NCBI GenBank assembly: GCA_963747235.1
Contig: CAVVEU010000020.1
Coordinates: 1 to 64,000, forward strand
Source of the DNA: an uncultured Candidatus Rokubacteria bacterium
GTDB taxonomy: Bacteria; Methylomirabilota; Methylomirabilia; Rokubacteriales; CSP1-6
DNA length: 64,000 nt
Direction: 5' to 3'
Shown here: in pieces, positions 10,202 to 20,390 of the stretch
Layout: every line of letters begins with the position of its first letter
Numbering within the stretch: position 1 is the first letter of the stretch
Translations under genes and position numbers: made by a program
Notes under the pieces: model-generated
What the model saw: the letters and a program-made list of their open reading frames with translations, nothing else
The model's database searches: none
Told to the model about the DNA's origin: nothing

Positions 10202-11452
10202 TCAGGCGGTGATCCGGTACCCCTCGAACGAGGGCAGCACCCGCCGCGGCAGCTCGACTTCCAGACGAATTCCTTCCGGCTCGTCGCGGCGCGAGAGCAC
10301 GCGGCCGCGCTCGTAGCAGGCGGCCAGCGCGGGCCCGTCGGCGTACGGGATGCGCAGGGTGAGCCGGGTCACCCGGGGCCGGAGCGCCTCGTCGAGGCGC
10401 GTGAGCAGCGTGTCCACGCCCTCGCCGGTGCGGGCGGAGATCGCGACGCCGTCGAAGCGGGCCAGCAGCGCGCGGGCCGCGGTCGGCTCGAGGCGGTCCA
10501 TCTTGTTGAGGGCCACGACCATGGGGCGCCCCATGAGCTCGAGCTCGCCCAGGAGGGCCTCCACCGCCTGCACCTGGTCGTCGAGGCCGGGATGGCTCGC
10601 GTCCACCACGTGCAGCAGCACGTCGGCCTCGGTCAGCTCCTCGAGCGTGGCCTTGAAGGCGGCCACGAGCTGGGTGGGCAGCTTGCGGATGAAGCCGACC
10701 GTGTCGGTCAGGATGAAGGAGGCGTGCGCCGGGTTCGACACCAGGCGGGCCGTCGGATCCAGCGTGACGAAGAGCTGGTCGGCCGCGAGGCGGTCGGCGC
10801 CGGTCAGGCGATTGAGCAGGGTGGTCTTGCCCGCGTTGGTGTAGCCGACGAGGGCGACCACCGCCACGTCCGCCGCCTTGCGCCGGTCGCGGAGGAGCCG
10901 CCGATGCGTGCGCACGCGCTGGAGCTCGACGCGGATCTTCTGGATGCGGTGGCGGATCATGCGCCGGTCGGACTCGATCTGCATCTCGCCCGGCCCGCGC
11001 GTGCCGATGCCGCCGCCGGTGCGCTCGAGATGCTTCCACTGCCCCACCAGCCGGGGCAGCAGGTAGGAGAGCTGGGCCAGCTCCACCTGGAGCTTGCCCT
11101 CCATGGTGCGAGCGCGCTGGGCGAAGATGTCGAGGATGAGCGCGGTGCGGTCGATCACCCGCACGCCGAGCGAGCCGCCCAGGTTGCGCTCCTGGATGGG
11201 CGAGAGCGAGTCGTCGGAGATCATCAGGTCGGCGCCCTCGCGCTTCGAGAGCGTCTTGATCTCCTCGACCTTGCCCTTGCCGAAGTAGAGGCCGGGGGTC
11301 GGCGAGCGCCGATCCTGGGTTGCCCGGCCCACCACGAGCGCGCCGGCCGACTCGGCCAGGCGCCCGAGCTCGTCGAGGCTCTCCTCCACCACCACCCGCG
11401 GCTGGCTCGGCAGCCGCAGGGCCGCCAGCACCGCCTTCTCGCGTGACCTCAC
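10202..11452 (-). CDS. hflX: GTPase HflX
   Basis: LILDIFAQRA, GGIGTRGPGE, GYTNAGKTT, DTVGF; GTG start overlaps the miaA stop. Confidence 0.96.
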   Translation of the reverse strand: MRSREKAVLAALRLPSQPRVVVEESLDELGRLAESAGALVVGRATQDRRSPTPGLYFGKGKVEEIKTLSKREGADLMISDDSLSPIQERNLGGSLGVRVIDRTALILDIFAQRARTMEGKLQVELAQLSYLLPRLVGQWKHLERTGGGIGTRGPGEMQIESDRRMIRHRIQKIRVELQRVRTHRRLLRDRRKAADVAVVALVGYTNAGKTTLLNRLTGADRLAADQLFVTLDPTARLVSNPAHASFILTDTVGFIRKLPTQLVAAFKATLEELTEADVLLHVVDASHPGLDDQVQAVEALLGELELMGRPMVVALNKMDRLEPTAARALLARFDGVAISARTGEGVDTLLTRLDEALRPRVTRLTLRIPYADGPALAACYERGRVLSRRDEPEGIRLEVELPRRVLPSFEGYRITA

Positions 11453-12399
11453 TCGCAGAGCCCCTCCCGTGTGATGTGCTTGTGCACCGCTTCCGCCGCG
11501 CCCTCCACCCCGCCCGCCTCGTCCACGTCGAGCCAGCGGATCTCCGGCTCGCGCTGGAACCACGTCACCTGCCGCTTCGCGTAGCGCGTGGTGTCGCGGA
11601 TCATGAGCCGGAGCGCCTCCTCGACCGTCATCCGCCCCTGCAGTGCCAGCGCGAGCTGCCGGTAGCCGATGCCGTCCATCGGCGGCCGCGTGTCGTCGTG
11701 GCCGGCTTCGAGCAGGCGCCGGACCTCGTCCATCATGCCACGGGCCAGCATGCCGCGCGCGCGCTCCGCCAGGGCCGCGTTGAGCGCCGGGCGCGCGCGG
11801 CCGAGCCCGATCATCACGAGACGCCAGGCGCCGTCGGTGCCGGCCCAGTCGCCATCTCCGGTGTCTCGCGTGACCGCGCCGGCCCCGGCGTGGACCTCGA
11901 GCGCGCGGACCACGCGGACCCGATCGTTGGGATGCAGGCGCCGCGCGGCGTCGGGCGCCACCGCGGCGAGCCGGGCGTGCAGCGCGGGCGCGCCGTGCTC
12001 GGCCGCGAAGCCCTCGAGCGTGGCCCGCAGCGCGGGATCGGCGGGCGGCGCGGCGGTCAGGCCGCGGAGCAGCGCGCGCACGTAGAGGCCGGTGCCGCCG
12101 ACCACGACGGGCAGGCGCCCGCGCCCCTGCACCGCCGCGATGGCGGCGAGGGCGTCGGCGCGGAAGCGGGCGGCGTGGTAGCGCTCGTCGGGATCCACGA
12201 CGTCCAGCAGATGGTGCGGCACCGCCGCGCGCTCCTCCGCGGTGGGCTTGCCGGTGCCGATGTCCATGCCGCGGTAGACCTGGCGCGAGTCCGCGCCGAC
12301 GACCTCCATGGCGATCTGCCGCGCCAGCCGCACCGCCACCGCGGTCTTGCCGACACCGGTCGGCCCGACCAGGACGAGCAGCGGGGGCCGGCTCACCAC
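11449..12399 (-). CDS. miaA: tRNA dimethylallyltransferase
   Basis: [41 protein letters not shown]. Confidence 0.96.
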   Translation of the reverse strand: MVSRPPLLVLVGPTGVGKTAVAVRLARQIAMEVVGADSRQVYRGMDIGTGKPTAEERAAVPHHLLDVVDPDERYHAARFRADALAAIAAVQGRGRLPVVVGGTGLYVRALLRGLTAAPPADPALRATLEGFAAEHGAPALHARLAAVAPDAARRLHPNDRVRVVRALEVHAGAGAVTRDTGDGDWAGTDGAWRLVMIGLGRARPALNAALAERARGMLARGMMDEVRRLLEAGHDDTRPPMDGIGYRQLALALQGRMTVEEALRLMIRDTTRYAKRQVTWFQREPEIRWLDVDEAGGVEGAAEAVHKHITREGLCE

Positions 12400-12490
12400 G
12401 TGCGCCCCAGCTCCCGCTTGATGTCGCGGGACCGCACTCTCAGCGGGGCCGGCCTTACCACGTGCGCCCCAGCTCCCGCTTGATGTCGCG
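12395..12490. repeat. Direct duplication of the mutL 3' end/miaA 5' end (34-bp exact core, 62-bp period)
   Basis: accacgtgcgccccagctcccgcttgatgtcgcg at 12395-12428 and 12457-12490. Confidence 0.95.
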
Positions 12491-14232
12491 CAAAGACAGG
12501 CGGCTGACGATGGGCCGGCCGTGCGGGCAGAAGTACGGCGTCTTCGTGACGGCCAGGTCCGCGATGAGCCGCGCCATCTCCTCGCGCTGCAGCGGGGCGT
12601 GCGCCTTGATCGCCGCGTGGCAGGCCACGAAGGACAGCGCGCGGTGCAGCAGCGGCTGAGGCTCGCCCTTGCGCGGGCGATTGACGTCCTCCACGAGCGA
12701 TTCGATCAGCCGCCGCGGCTCCTGCCCCCGGAGCAGCGCGGGCACCGCGCGCAGCACGACGGTGGAGCCGCTCCAGCCCTCGAGCCGGAAGCCCAGGCCC
12801 TCGAGGGTCTCGGTCCACTCCTGGACCAGGGCCGCCTGGCCCGCGCCCAGCTCCACCGGCTGCGGGAAGAGCAGCTCCTGCGAGGCCAGCGGGCCCGCGT
12901 CCAGATCGGCCAGCAGCCGCTCGAAGATCACGCGCTCGTGCGCCACGTGCTGGTCGAGGAAGAAGATCTCGTCGTCGCTCGCCGACACTATGAACGTGTC
13001 CTGGAGCTGGCCGATCACGTTCGCCGAAGTTGGCGGTTGCGAACTGTGCCGGGGGCTCGTGGAAGAGTCAGGGCCTGGGCGTCCGTTGAGGGCATGTCAG
13101 CCGGAAGCCCCGCTAGCAAATGCGGGGGCCCAGACATGGCCCCCGCACTCCCCCAATCCGCGGACTGTCGTTCCGGCGCAGTCAGCCCGTCCGGCGCTAT
13201 CGGCCTGCCCGCGAGGCCGCGCTGGGGCTGGACGACCTGGGCCTGGTGGAGCGCGTCCTTGACCGCGCGGTACAGGATCTCCTGGACCTGGCGCGGAGAG
13301 CGGAAGCGGACCCAGGCCTTGGTCGGGTGGACGTTGACGTCCACTTCCTGCGGGGGGAGCTCGAGGTGCAGCACCGCGACCGGGAACTGGTCGCGGGCGA
13401 GGAGCGGCCGGTAGGCCTCGATCAGGGTCTGGGTGAGCTGGGTGTCGCGCACCGGGCGGCCGTTGACGATGAGCACGATCTCGTCGCGGTTGCCGCGCGA
13501 GAGCTGGGGCGGCGCGACCAGGCCCGAGACCGCGAGGGGGCCGTCCTTGCGCTCCACCTCCAGCAGCTTGCCCGCGCGCTCGAAGCCCCAGAGCGCCCCG
13601 ATGCGGTCGCGCAGGCTTCGCGCCCGCGGCGCCCCGAGGGCGGGCCGGCCATTGTGCGAGACGCGGAAGTGCACGTCCTGGTGCGCCAGCGCGATGGCCT
13701 CGAGCAGCCGCATCGCGGCCGCCACCTCGCTCTGCGCGCTCTTCATGAACTTGAGCCGCGCCGGCGTGTTGAAGAAGAGATCCTGCGCCTCCACCGTGGT
13801 GCCCGCGGGGGCGGCGACCAGCAGCTTCTCGTTGACGGTGCCGCCCTCGCCGCGCACCAGGGTGCCGGTGTCCGCGCCGCGCGGGCACGAGAGCACCGAG
13901 AAGCGGGTGACCGCGCAGATGGCGGGCAGCGCCTCGCCGCGGAAGCCCAGCGTGGTGATGGCGTCGAGATCGGCGTCGGTGGCGAGCTTGGACGTCGCGT
14001 GCCGCAGCAGGGCCAGGTCCACCTCGTCGCTCGACATGCCGACGCCGTCGTCGGTCACGCGGATCAGGGCGCGGCCCGCGTCGCGCAGGTCCACCGTCAC
14101 CTGGGTGCAGAGCGCGTCGAGCGCGTTCTCGACCAGCTCCTTCACCACCGAGGCGGGCCGCTCCACCACCTCGCCCGCCGCGATCTTGTTGACGAGGTGA
14201 TCGGGCAGCCGCCGGATGCGCGAGCCGCTCAC
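12455..14232 (-). CDS. mutL: DNA mismatch repair protein MutL; split by apparent indels near 13020-13070
   Basis: NKIAAGEVVERPASVVKELVENALDA, GFRGEAL, DVNVHPTK; C-terminal endonuclease motifs DQHVAHER, ACHAAIK, CPHGRP in ORF 12455-13018. Confidence 0.93.
13121..13165 (+). repeat. Palindromic repeat element, copy 1 (inside the mutL linker)
   Basis: tgcgggggcc-cagacat-ggcccccgca-ctcccccaatccgcggac. Confidence 0.9.
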
Positions 14233-16832
14233 GGGCGCGCCTTGAGCCGCTGCTGCCAGTCCGCGATCAGGTTCAGCGCCTGCAGCGGGGTCATCGCGCC
14301 CAGGTCCAGCGCGGCCAGCTCGCGCAGGAGCGGGTCGTGGGTGGGCGGGAAGAGGCCGAGCTGGGCGGGGCCGGTCGCGGGCGGCTCGGGCGTCACCGCG
14401 GCTTGCAGCTCGCTACGCTCCCGCTCGAGCTCGCCCAGGATGGCCTTGGCACGCGCAATCACCGCGGGCGGCAGCCCGGCCAGCCGCGCCACCTGGATGC
14501 CATAGGAGCGGTCGGTGCCGCCCGGCCGCACCTTGTGCAGGAAGATGATCTCGTCGTTCCACTCACGGACCGCCACGTGGAAATTGTGCACCCGCGGCAG
14601 CCGCTCGGCCAGCGCGGTCAGCTCGTGGTAGTGCGTGGCGAAGAGCACCTTGGCCCCGCGCCCGCGCTCGTGCAGCTCCTCGGTCACCGCCCACGCGATC
14701 GCGAGGCCGTCGAAGGTGGAGGTGCCGCGCCCGACCTCGTCCAGGAGGATGAGACTGCGGTCGGTCGCGTGGTGCAGGATGCTGGCCGTCTCCACCATCT
14801 CCACCAGGAACGTGCTCTGCCCGCGGGCCATGTTGTCCTGCGCGCCCACCCGGGTGAGGATGCGGTCCACCAGCCCGACGCGGGCTTCCCTCGCCGGGAC
14901 GAAGCTCCCCATCTGGGCCATGAGGGCGAGCAGGGCGACCTGCCGCATGAACACGCTCTTGCCGCTCATGTTCGGGCCGGTGAGGATCATGATCTGGCCG
15001 CCCGCGGGATCGAGCGTCACGTCGTTCGGGGTGAACGGCGTGCCGCCGGCCTCCAGCACCGGGTGGCGGCCGTCCACGATCTCGAGCGCGAAGCCCTCGT
15101 CCACCTGGGGTCGCACGTACCCGCGCTGATGCGCCACCTCCGCCAGCGACGCGAGCGCGTCGAGGCTCCCGACCGCGCGGGCGGTGCGCAGCAGCGGGCC
15201 GGCCGCCGCCGCGACCTCGGTGCGCACCTGGCCGAACAGCTCGAACTCGAGCCGGCCGATCCGCTCCTCGGCGCCGAGCACCCGGCTCTCGTACTCCTTC
15301 AGCTCGGCGGTGACGTAGCGCTCGGCGCCGACCAGGGTCTGCCGCCGCAGGTAGTCCGACGGGACCTTGGCGCCGTGCGCGTTGCTCACCTCGATCGCGT
15401 AGCCGAAGACGCGGTTGAACCGGACTTTCAAGGAGGCGATGCCGGTTCTCGCGCGCTCCCGCTGCTCGAGCGAGGCGATCCACTCCTTGCCCTGCCGGGC
15501 GGCCTGCTTGAGCTCCCGCAGGTCCGCGTTCCAGCCCTCCCGGATCAGGCCGCCTTCCTTCAGCGTGAGCGGCGGCTCGTCCTCCAGGGCCTCTTCAAGG
15601 AGTTTCTGAAGGTCCGGGAGCGGAGTGATCTCCTCGGCGAGGGTCCCCAGGAGGGCGCCGTCCAGGGCTCCCAGGGCCTCCGCGAGCCCCGGCAGGCGGC
15701 CCAGGAAGCCCCGCAGCGCGATGAGGTCGCGGGCGTGGGCCACGCCCAGGGCCGCGCGGCTGGTGAGCCGCTCCAGGTCCCCCACGCCCTCCAGGCGCCT
15801 CCGCAGGCCGTCCCGGGCGGCCGGGGCGTCCACCAGCGCGGCCACCGCCTCCTGGCGGCGGAGAATGGCCTCGCGGTCGAGCAGCGGGCGCAGCATCCAC
15901 TGGCGGAGCAGGCGGGCGCCCATCGGGGTGGTGGTGGCGTCCAGCGTGGCGAAGAGCGAGCCCCGGGTCGTGCGCTCCTGGGCCGTCTCGAAGAGCTCGA
16001 GGGTCGCCACCGCGGTCGGATCGAGCAGCATCGCCTCGCCGGTGACCAGGCGCTGGATGCGCGTGAGATGCGCCAGCGACTCGCCCTGGGTCTCGCGCAG
16101 GTAGGCGAGCGCGGCGCCCGCGGCCTGCAGTCCGGCGGTGAGCGCGCCCACGCCGAGCGCGTCGAGGCTGGCTCCGCGGAACTGGGACTCGAGCATGTCG
16201 CGCGCGGCCCGGGCCCCGAAGGCCCCGCCGTCCACGCGCGTGATCGGGATGCCCGCGGGGACCCAGCGCGCGACCCATGCGGCGTCCGCGCTCTGCGCGA
16301 GCAGCAGCTCCGCGGGGCGGCGCAGCAGCGCGGTCTCGAGCAGGCCCTCGCCGCCGCCCGGCTCCTCGCCCACCCAGAAGTCGCCGGTGGACACGTCCAC
16401 GAGCGCGACCCCGACCGCGGAGGCGGTCGCGTGCGCGGCGAGCAGGAAGTTGTTGCGCGCGCCGTCGAGGAACTGGGTGTCGGTGATCGTCCCCGGGGTG
16501 ATGACGCGCACCACGTCACGGCGGACGATCTTGCGGCCCTTGGCGGGCTCCTCGAGCTGCTCGCACACCGCCACCTTCTGGCCCGCGCGGATGAGGCGCG
16601 CGATGTAGCCGTCGGCGGCGTGATGCGGGATGCCCGCCATGGGGATCGCCCCCTCGCCCTTCTGCCGTGAGGTCAACGTGAGCTGGAGCAGGCGCGAGGC
16701 GGTCTGGGCGTCCTGGAAGAAGAGCTCGTAGAAGTCGCCGAGGCGAAACAGCAGCAGGTAGTCCGGGAAGCGGCGCTTCAGCTCCCCGTACTGCCGCATC
16801 ATCGGCGTCAGCTCGGCGGGGCTTTCCCTCAC
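14229..16832 (-). CDS. mutS: DNA mismatch repair protein MutS
   Basis: TPMMRQY, FRLGDFYELF, TGPNMSGKS, STFLVEM, DEVGRGTST, SYGIQVA. Confidence 0.97.
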   Translation of the reverse strand: MRESPAELTPMMRQYGELKRRFPDYLLLFRLGDFYELFFQDAQTASRLLQLTLTSRQKGEGAIPMAGIPHHAADGYIARLIRAGQKVAVCEQLEEPAKGRKIVRRDVVRVITPGTITDTQFLDGARNNFLLAAHATASAVGVALVDVSTGDFWVGEEPGGGEGLLETALLRRPAELLLAQSADAAWVARWVPAGIPITRVDGGAFGARAARDMLESQFRGASLDALGVGALTAGLQAAGAALAYLRETQGESLAHLTRIQRLVTGEAMLLDPTAVATLELFETAQERTTRGSLFATLDATTTPMGARLLRQWMLRPLLDREAILRRQEAVAALVDAPAARDGLRRRLEGVGDLERLTSRAALGVAHARDLIALRGFLGRLPGLAEALGALDGALLGTLAEEITPLPDLQKLLEEALEDEPPLTLKEGGLIREGWNADLRELKQAARQGKEWIASLEQRERARTGIASLKVRFNRVFGYAIEVSNAHGAKVPSDYLRRQTLVGAERYVTAELKEYESRVLGAEERIGRLEFELFGQVRTEVAAAAGPLLRTARAVGSLDALASLAEVAHQRGYVRPQVDEGFALEIVDGRHPVLEAGGTPFTPNDVTLDPAGGQIMILTGPNMSGKSVFMRQVALLALMAQMGSFVPAREARVGLVDRILTRVGAQDNMARGQSTFLVEMVETASILHHATDRSLILLDEVGRGTSTFDGLAIAWAVTEELHERGRGAKVLFATHYHELTALAERLPRVHNFHVAVREWNDEIIFLHKVRPGGTDRSYGIQVARLAGLPPAVIARAKAILGELERERSELQAAVTPEPPATGPAQLGLFPPTHDPLLRELAALDLGAMTPLQALNLIADWQQRLKARP

Positions 16833-17317
16833 GTGGAGGCGAGCGCGGCGGCCAGCCGATCGTACGTGGTCTCGAGGGATTCGGGCAGCACCTTCGTCTC
16901 GCCGATGACCGGCATGAAGTTGGTGTCGCCGTTCCAGCGCGGCACGAGATGGATGTGCAGGTGCCCGAGCACGCCCGCGCCGGCCACGCGGCCCTGGTTC
17001 AGGCCCACGTTGAAGCCGTCGGGATGATACGCGGCGTCGAGCGCGCGCGTGCCCTTCTGGATGAGGGCCATCGCCTCGGCGAGCTCGTCCGCGGTGGCGG
17101 TCTCGATCGAGCCGACGTGGCGCGTGATGACGGCCATGAGATGCCCGGAGGCGTACGGGAAGGCGTTCAGGATCAGGAAGGCGAGCGTGCCGCGCCGGAG
17201 GATCAGCGACCGGCGGTCGTCACCGGCGGCCAGCACCGAGCAGAAGACGCACGCGGCCTCGGGGCCCCCGGCGGTCGACACATAGGACATCCGCCAGGGC
17301 GCCCAGAGCCGCTCCAC
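16829..17317 (-). CDS. HIT-family hydrolase (Ap4A phosphorylase-like)
   Basis: LWAPWR, CVFC, LNAFPY, HLHIHLVPRW. Confidence 0.92.
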   Translation of the reverse strand: MERLWAPWRMSYVSTAGGPEAACVFCSVLAAGDDRRSLILRRGTLAFLILNAFPYASGHLMAVITRHVGSIETATADELAEAMALIQKGTRALDAAYHPDGFNVGLNQGRVAGAGVLGHLHIHLVPRWNGDTNFMPVIGETKVLPESLETTYDRLAAALAST

Positions 17318-17322
17318 GCGGT

Positions 17323-17598
17323 CTACGTGTTGACGAGCTCGCGGAGGCGCTTGCCGACCTTGAAGAACGGCACCCGCTTCTCGGGCACGCTGACGCTGTC
17401 ACCGGTCTTCGGATTGCGTCCCTTGCGGGAGTTCCGGTGGCGGATGCGGAAGCTGCCGAAGCCGCGCAGCTCGACCTTGTCCCCCTTGCCCAGCGCGTCC
17501 GTGATGTTGTCGAACACGGTGTTGACGATGAGCTCGGTTTCCTTCTTGGTCAGGCTCGCCACCTTGGCCACTTCCTCGATCAGTTCCGCTTTCGTCAT
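17323..17598 (-). CDS. ihfB: Integration host factor subunit beta
   Basis: MTKAELI...VELRGFGSF...GRNPKTG...VPFFKVGK; follows rpsA-sppA. Confidence 0.9.
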   Translation of the reverse strand: MTKAELIEEVAKVASLTKKETELIVNTVFDNITDALGKGDKVELRGFGSFRIRHRNSRKGRNPKTGDSVSVPEKRVPFFKVGKRLRELVNT

Positions 17599-17647
17599 GG
17601 GCGACTCCCTTTAGAGGGCCGGCGCGGACAGGCTTAACGACGACGAG

Positions 17648-17677
17648 ACCGTATCACGGCAGGCGAAAGTTTGTCAA
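17648..17677 (-). promoter_or_regulatory. Sigma-70-type promoter for ihfB
   Basis: Perfect TTGACA (17677-17672), 18 nt spacer, TGaTACGGT. Confidence 0.6.
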
Positions 17678-17719
17678 GCAACCTGGGTAGTTAGCGGGCA
17701 CCCGGCCTGGGAGGCCGAG

Positions 17720-18628
17720 CTAGGGCATCAAGTAGAGCGGCGTGCCGAGGGTCTGCATCGCCGGCAGCATCCGCGAGACCGGCCCCAGTCCCCACTCGTT
17801 GCGCAGCAGCTCGCGCAGCGAGAACCGGCGCCGGGGGTAGAGCACTTTGGGCTTCGGCGGCAGGCCCGCCATCTTCGCGGCGGCCTCGATGGCGTCCTCG
17901 AGCCCGCCCAGATCGTCCACCATCTTGAGCCCGTGCGCCTGGCGGCCCGAGTAGATCCGCCCCTCCGCGAACGCGCGCACCGCCTGCGGCTCGAGCCCGC
18001 GGCCTTCGGCGACCGCGGAGATGAACTGGTCGTAGACGTCGTCGAGCAGGGACTGGAGAATCCGCCGCTCCTCCGGCGTCATGGCGCGCGCGAAGTTGCC
18101 CACGTCCTTGTAGGCGCCCGCCTTGACCACCACGTACTCCACGCCCACCTTCTTGAGCAGGCCCTCCACGTTCGCGAGCTGCATCACGACGCCGATCGAG
18201 CCGGTGAGCGTGCCGGGACTCGCGAAGATGCGGTCGGCGGACACCGCGACGTAGTAGCCGCCGGAGGCGGCCACCGAGCCCAGCGAGGCGACCACCGGCT
18301 TCTTGGCCTCCCGCAGCCGGCGCACCGCGGTGAAGATCTCCTGGGTCGGCGCGACCACGCCGCCCGGGCTGTCGATGCGGAGCACCACCGCGCGCACCGA
18401 GGGGTCGTCGCGGTACTCGCCGAGCGTGCGGATGATGGATTCGGTGTCGAGGCCCCGGTCCGCCCCGACCCCGATGACGCCTTCGACCTCCACGACGGCC
18501 ACCTTGGCCCCGCCGGGCAGGCCGTCGTCACTCACGGTCAGGATCAGCCAGACCGTGAAGACGAACAGCACGAGGACTCCAACCCCCGCCCCCAGCGCGA
18601 TGAGGGCGACCCGGCCGCGTGAGGCCAC
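17720..18628 (-). CDS. sppA: Signal peptide peptidase SppA (36K type)
   Basis: LRIDSPGG, AASGGYY, TGSIGV, KAGAYKD, EGRIYSG. Confidence 0.94.
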   Translation of the reverse strand: MASRGRVALIALGAGVGVLVLFVFTVWLILTVSDDGLPGGAKVAVVEVEGVIGVGADRGLDTESIIRTLGEYRDDPSVRAVVLRIDSPGGVVAPTQEIFTAVRRLREAKKPVVASLGSVAASGGYYVAVSADRIFASPGTLTGSIGVVMQLANVEGLLKKVGVEYVVVKAGAYKDVGNFARAMTPEERRILQSLLDDVYDQFISAVAEGRGLEPQAVRAFAEGRIYSGRQAHGLKMVDDLGGLEDAIEAAAKMAGLPPKPKVLYPRRRFSLRELLRNEWGLGPVSRMLPAMQTLGTPLYLMP

Positions 18629-18634
18629 CCGGGC

Positions 18635-20350
18635 CTACTCCTCCTCGTCGTAGTCGTCGCCACCGCGACGCTTGCGGCCCTTGTGACCCCGGCCTCGCCC
18701 GGCGTCCGTCTGCGCCGGCTCCTCGATGACCGCGGCCAGCTCCTTCAGCGAGAGGCCGATCCGCCGCTCGTTGGGATCCACCCGGATCACCATGAGGGTC
18801 AGCTCGTCGCCCACGTTGAGGATGTCGGCGGGGGTGGCGATGGGACGGCTCGACATCTGCGAGATGTGAAGCAGGCCGTCCACCCCGGGCTCCAGCTCCA
18901 CGAAGGCGCCGAAGTCGGTGAGGCGCACGACCTTGCCGGTGACCCGCGAGCCCATCGGGTACCGCGAGGCCACGCTGTCCCACGGATCGGGCTGGATCTG
19001 CTTGAGCCCGAGCGAGATGCGCTTGTTCTCCCGGTCCACGTTGAGGATCTGCGTGTCCACGGGCTGGCCCTTCTTGAGCACCTCGGACGGGTGCCCGATG
19101 TTGCGGGTCCAGGACATGTCCGAGATGTGGAGCAGGCCGTCCACCCCGGGCTCCAGCTCCACGAAGGCGCCGAAGTCGGTGAGGTTGCGCACCTTGCCCT
19201 GCACCCGCATCCCGGGCTGGTAGCGCTCGGTGATGGTGGCCCAGGGGTCCGTCTCCACCTGCTTCATGCCGAGCGAGATCCGCTTGGTGGCCTTGTTGAC
19301 CTCGAGCACCATGACCTCGACGGTGTCCCCCACGTTGACGAGCTTCGAGGGATGCCGCACCCGCCGCGTCCAGGACATCTCGGAGACGTGCACGAGCCCT
19401 TCGACGCCCGGCTCCAGCTCCACGAAGGCGCCGTAGTTGGTCAGGCTCACGATGCGCCCGTTGACCTTGCCGCCGACCGGGTAGCGGTCGTCCACGTTGG
19501 CCCACGGGTCGGACGACTTCTGCTTGTAGCCCAGCGAGACCCGGCCGGTCTCGCGGTCGAAGTGCAGCACCACCACCTCGACCTGATCGCCGATCTGGAA
19601 GATCTCGGAGGGGTGCCCCACCCGCCCCCACGACATGTCGGTGACGTGCAGGAGCCCGTCGATGCCGCCCAGGTCGATGAAGGCGCCGTAGTCGGTCAGG
19701 TTCTTCACGGTGCCGGTCAGCACCATGCCCTCGGAGAGCACGGAGAGCGTGTGCTTCTTCTTCTCCTCGCGCTCCTCCTCGAGCATCGCCCGGCGCGAGA
19801 GGACCACGTTGCCGCGGCGCCGGTTGAGCTTGATGACCTTGGCCCGGATGGTCTGGCCGACCATCGCGCCCAGGTTCTTGACCGGCCGCAGGTCCACCTG
19901 GGAGCCGGGCAGGAACGCCCGCACGCCCACGTCCACCGCGAGGCCGCCCTTGACCACCTCGGCGACCCGGCCTTCGACCGGGGTGCCGCTGTCGTGGGCC
20001 TTCGAGATCTGGTCCCAGACCTTGATCTTGTCCGCCTTGTCCTTGGAGAGGACGATCAGCCCTTCGTTGTCCTCCTTGGACTCGAGGTAGACCTCGATCT
20101 CCTCGCCGACCTTGGGCAGCACGCCCGCGTGCCGGAACTCCTCGATGGCGATCGTGCCCTCGCTCTTGTAGCCGATGTCCACGAGCACCTCGCTGTCGCG
20201 CACCTCGACCACGCGGCCGCGAACTACCTCGCCTTCCTCGACGTCACTGACGCCGCGGTTGAACCAGTACTCCATGCTCTCCTCGGAGGCATCGCCAACC
20301 TCCTTCGCTTCGCCCACGAGGGTTTTCGACTTCTTGTTGTCGCTGTCCAT
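18635..20350 (-). CDS. rpsA: 30S ribosomal protein S1
   Basis: Repeated S1 domains (YGAFIDLGGIDGLLHVTDMSW; FGAFVELEPGVDGLLHISDMSW); AGGAG upstream. Confidence 0.97.
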   Translation of the reverse strand: MDSDNKKSKTLVGEAKEVGDASEESMEYWFNRGVSDVEEGEVVRGRVVEVRDSEVLVDIGYKSEGTIAIEEFRHAGVLPKVGEEIEVYLESKEDNEGLIVLSKDKADKIKVWDQISKAHDSGTPVEGRVAEVVKGGLAVDVGVRAFLPGSQVDLRPVKNLGAMVGQTIRAKVIKLNRRRGNVVLSRRAMLEEEREEKKKHTLSVLSEGMVLTGTVKNLTDYGAFIDLGGIDGLLHVTDMSWGRVGHPSEIFQIGDQVEVVVLHFDRETGRVSLGYKQKSSDPWANVDDRYPVGGKVNGRIVSLTNYGAFVELEPGVEGLVHVSEMSWTRRVRHPSKLVNVGDTVEVMVLEVNKATKRISLGMKQVETDPWATITERYQPGMRVQGKVRNLTDFGAFVELEPGVDGLLHISDMSWTRNIGHPSEVLKKGQPVDTQILNVDRENKRISLGLKQIQPDPWDSVASRYPMGSRVTGKVVRLTDFGAFVELEPGVDGLLHISQMSSRPIATPADILNVGDELTLMVIRVDPNERRIGLSLKELAAVIEEPAQTDAGRGRGHKGRKRRGGDDYDEEE

Positions 20351-20390
20351 GACTCCACCTCTCCTTGGATCTATCTATCTACTCCGTGCT

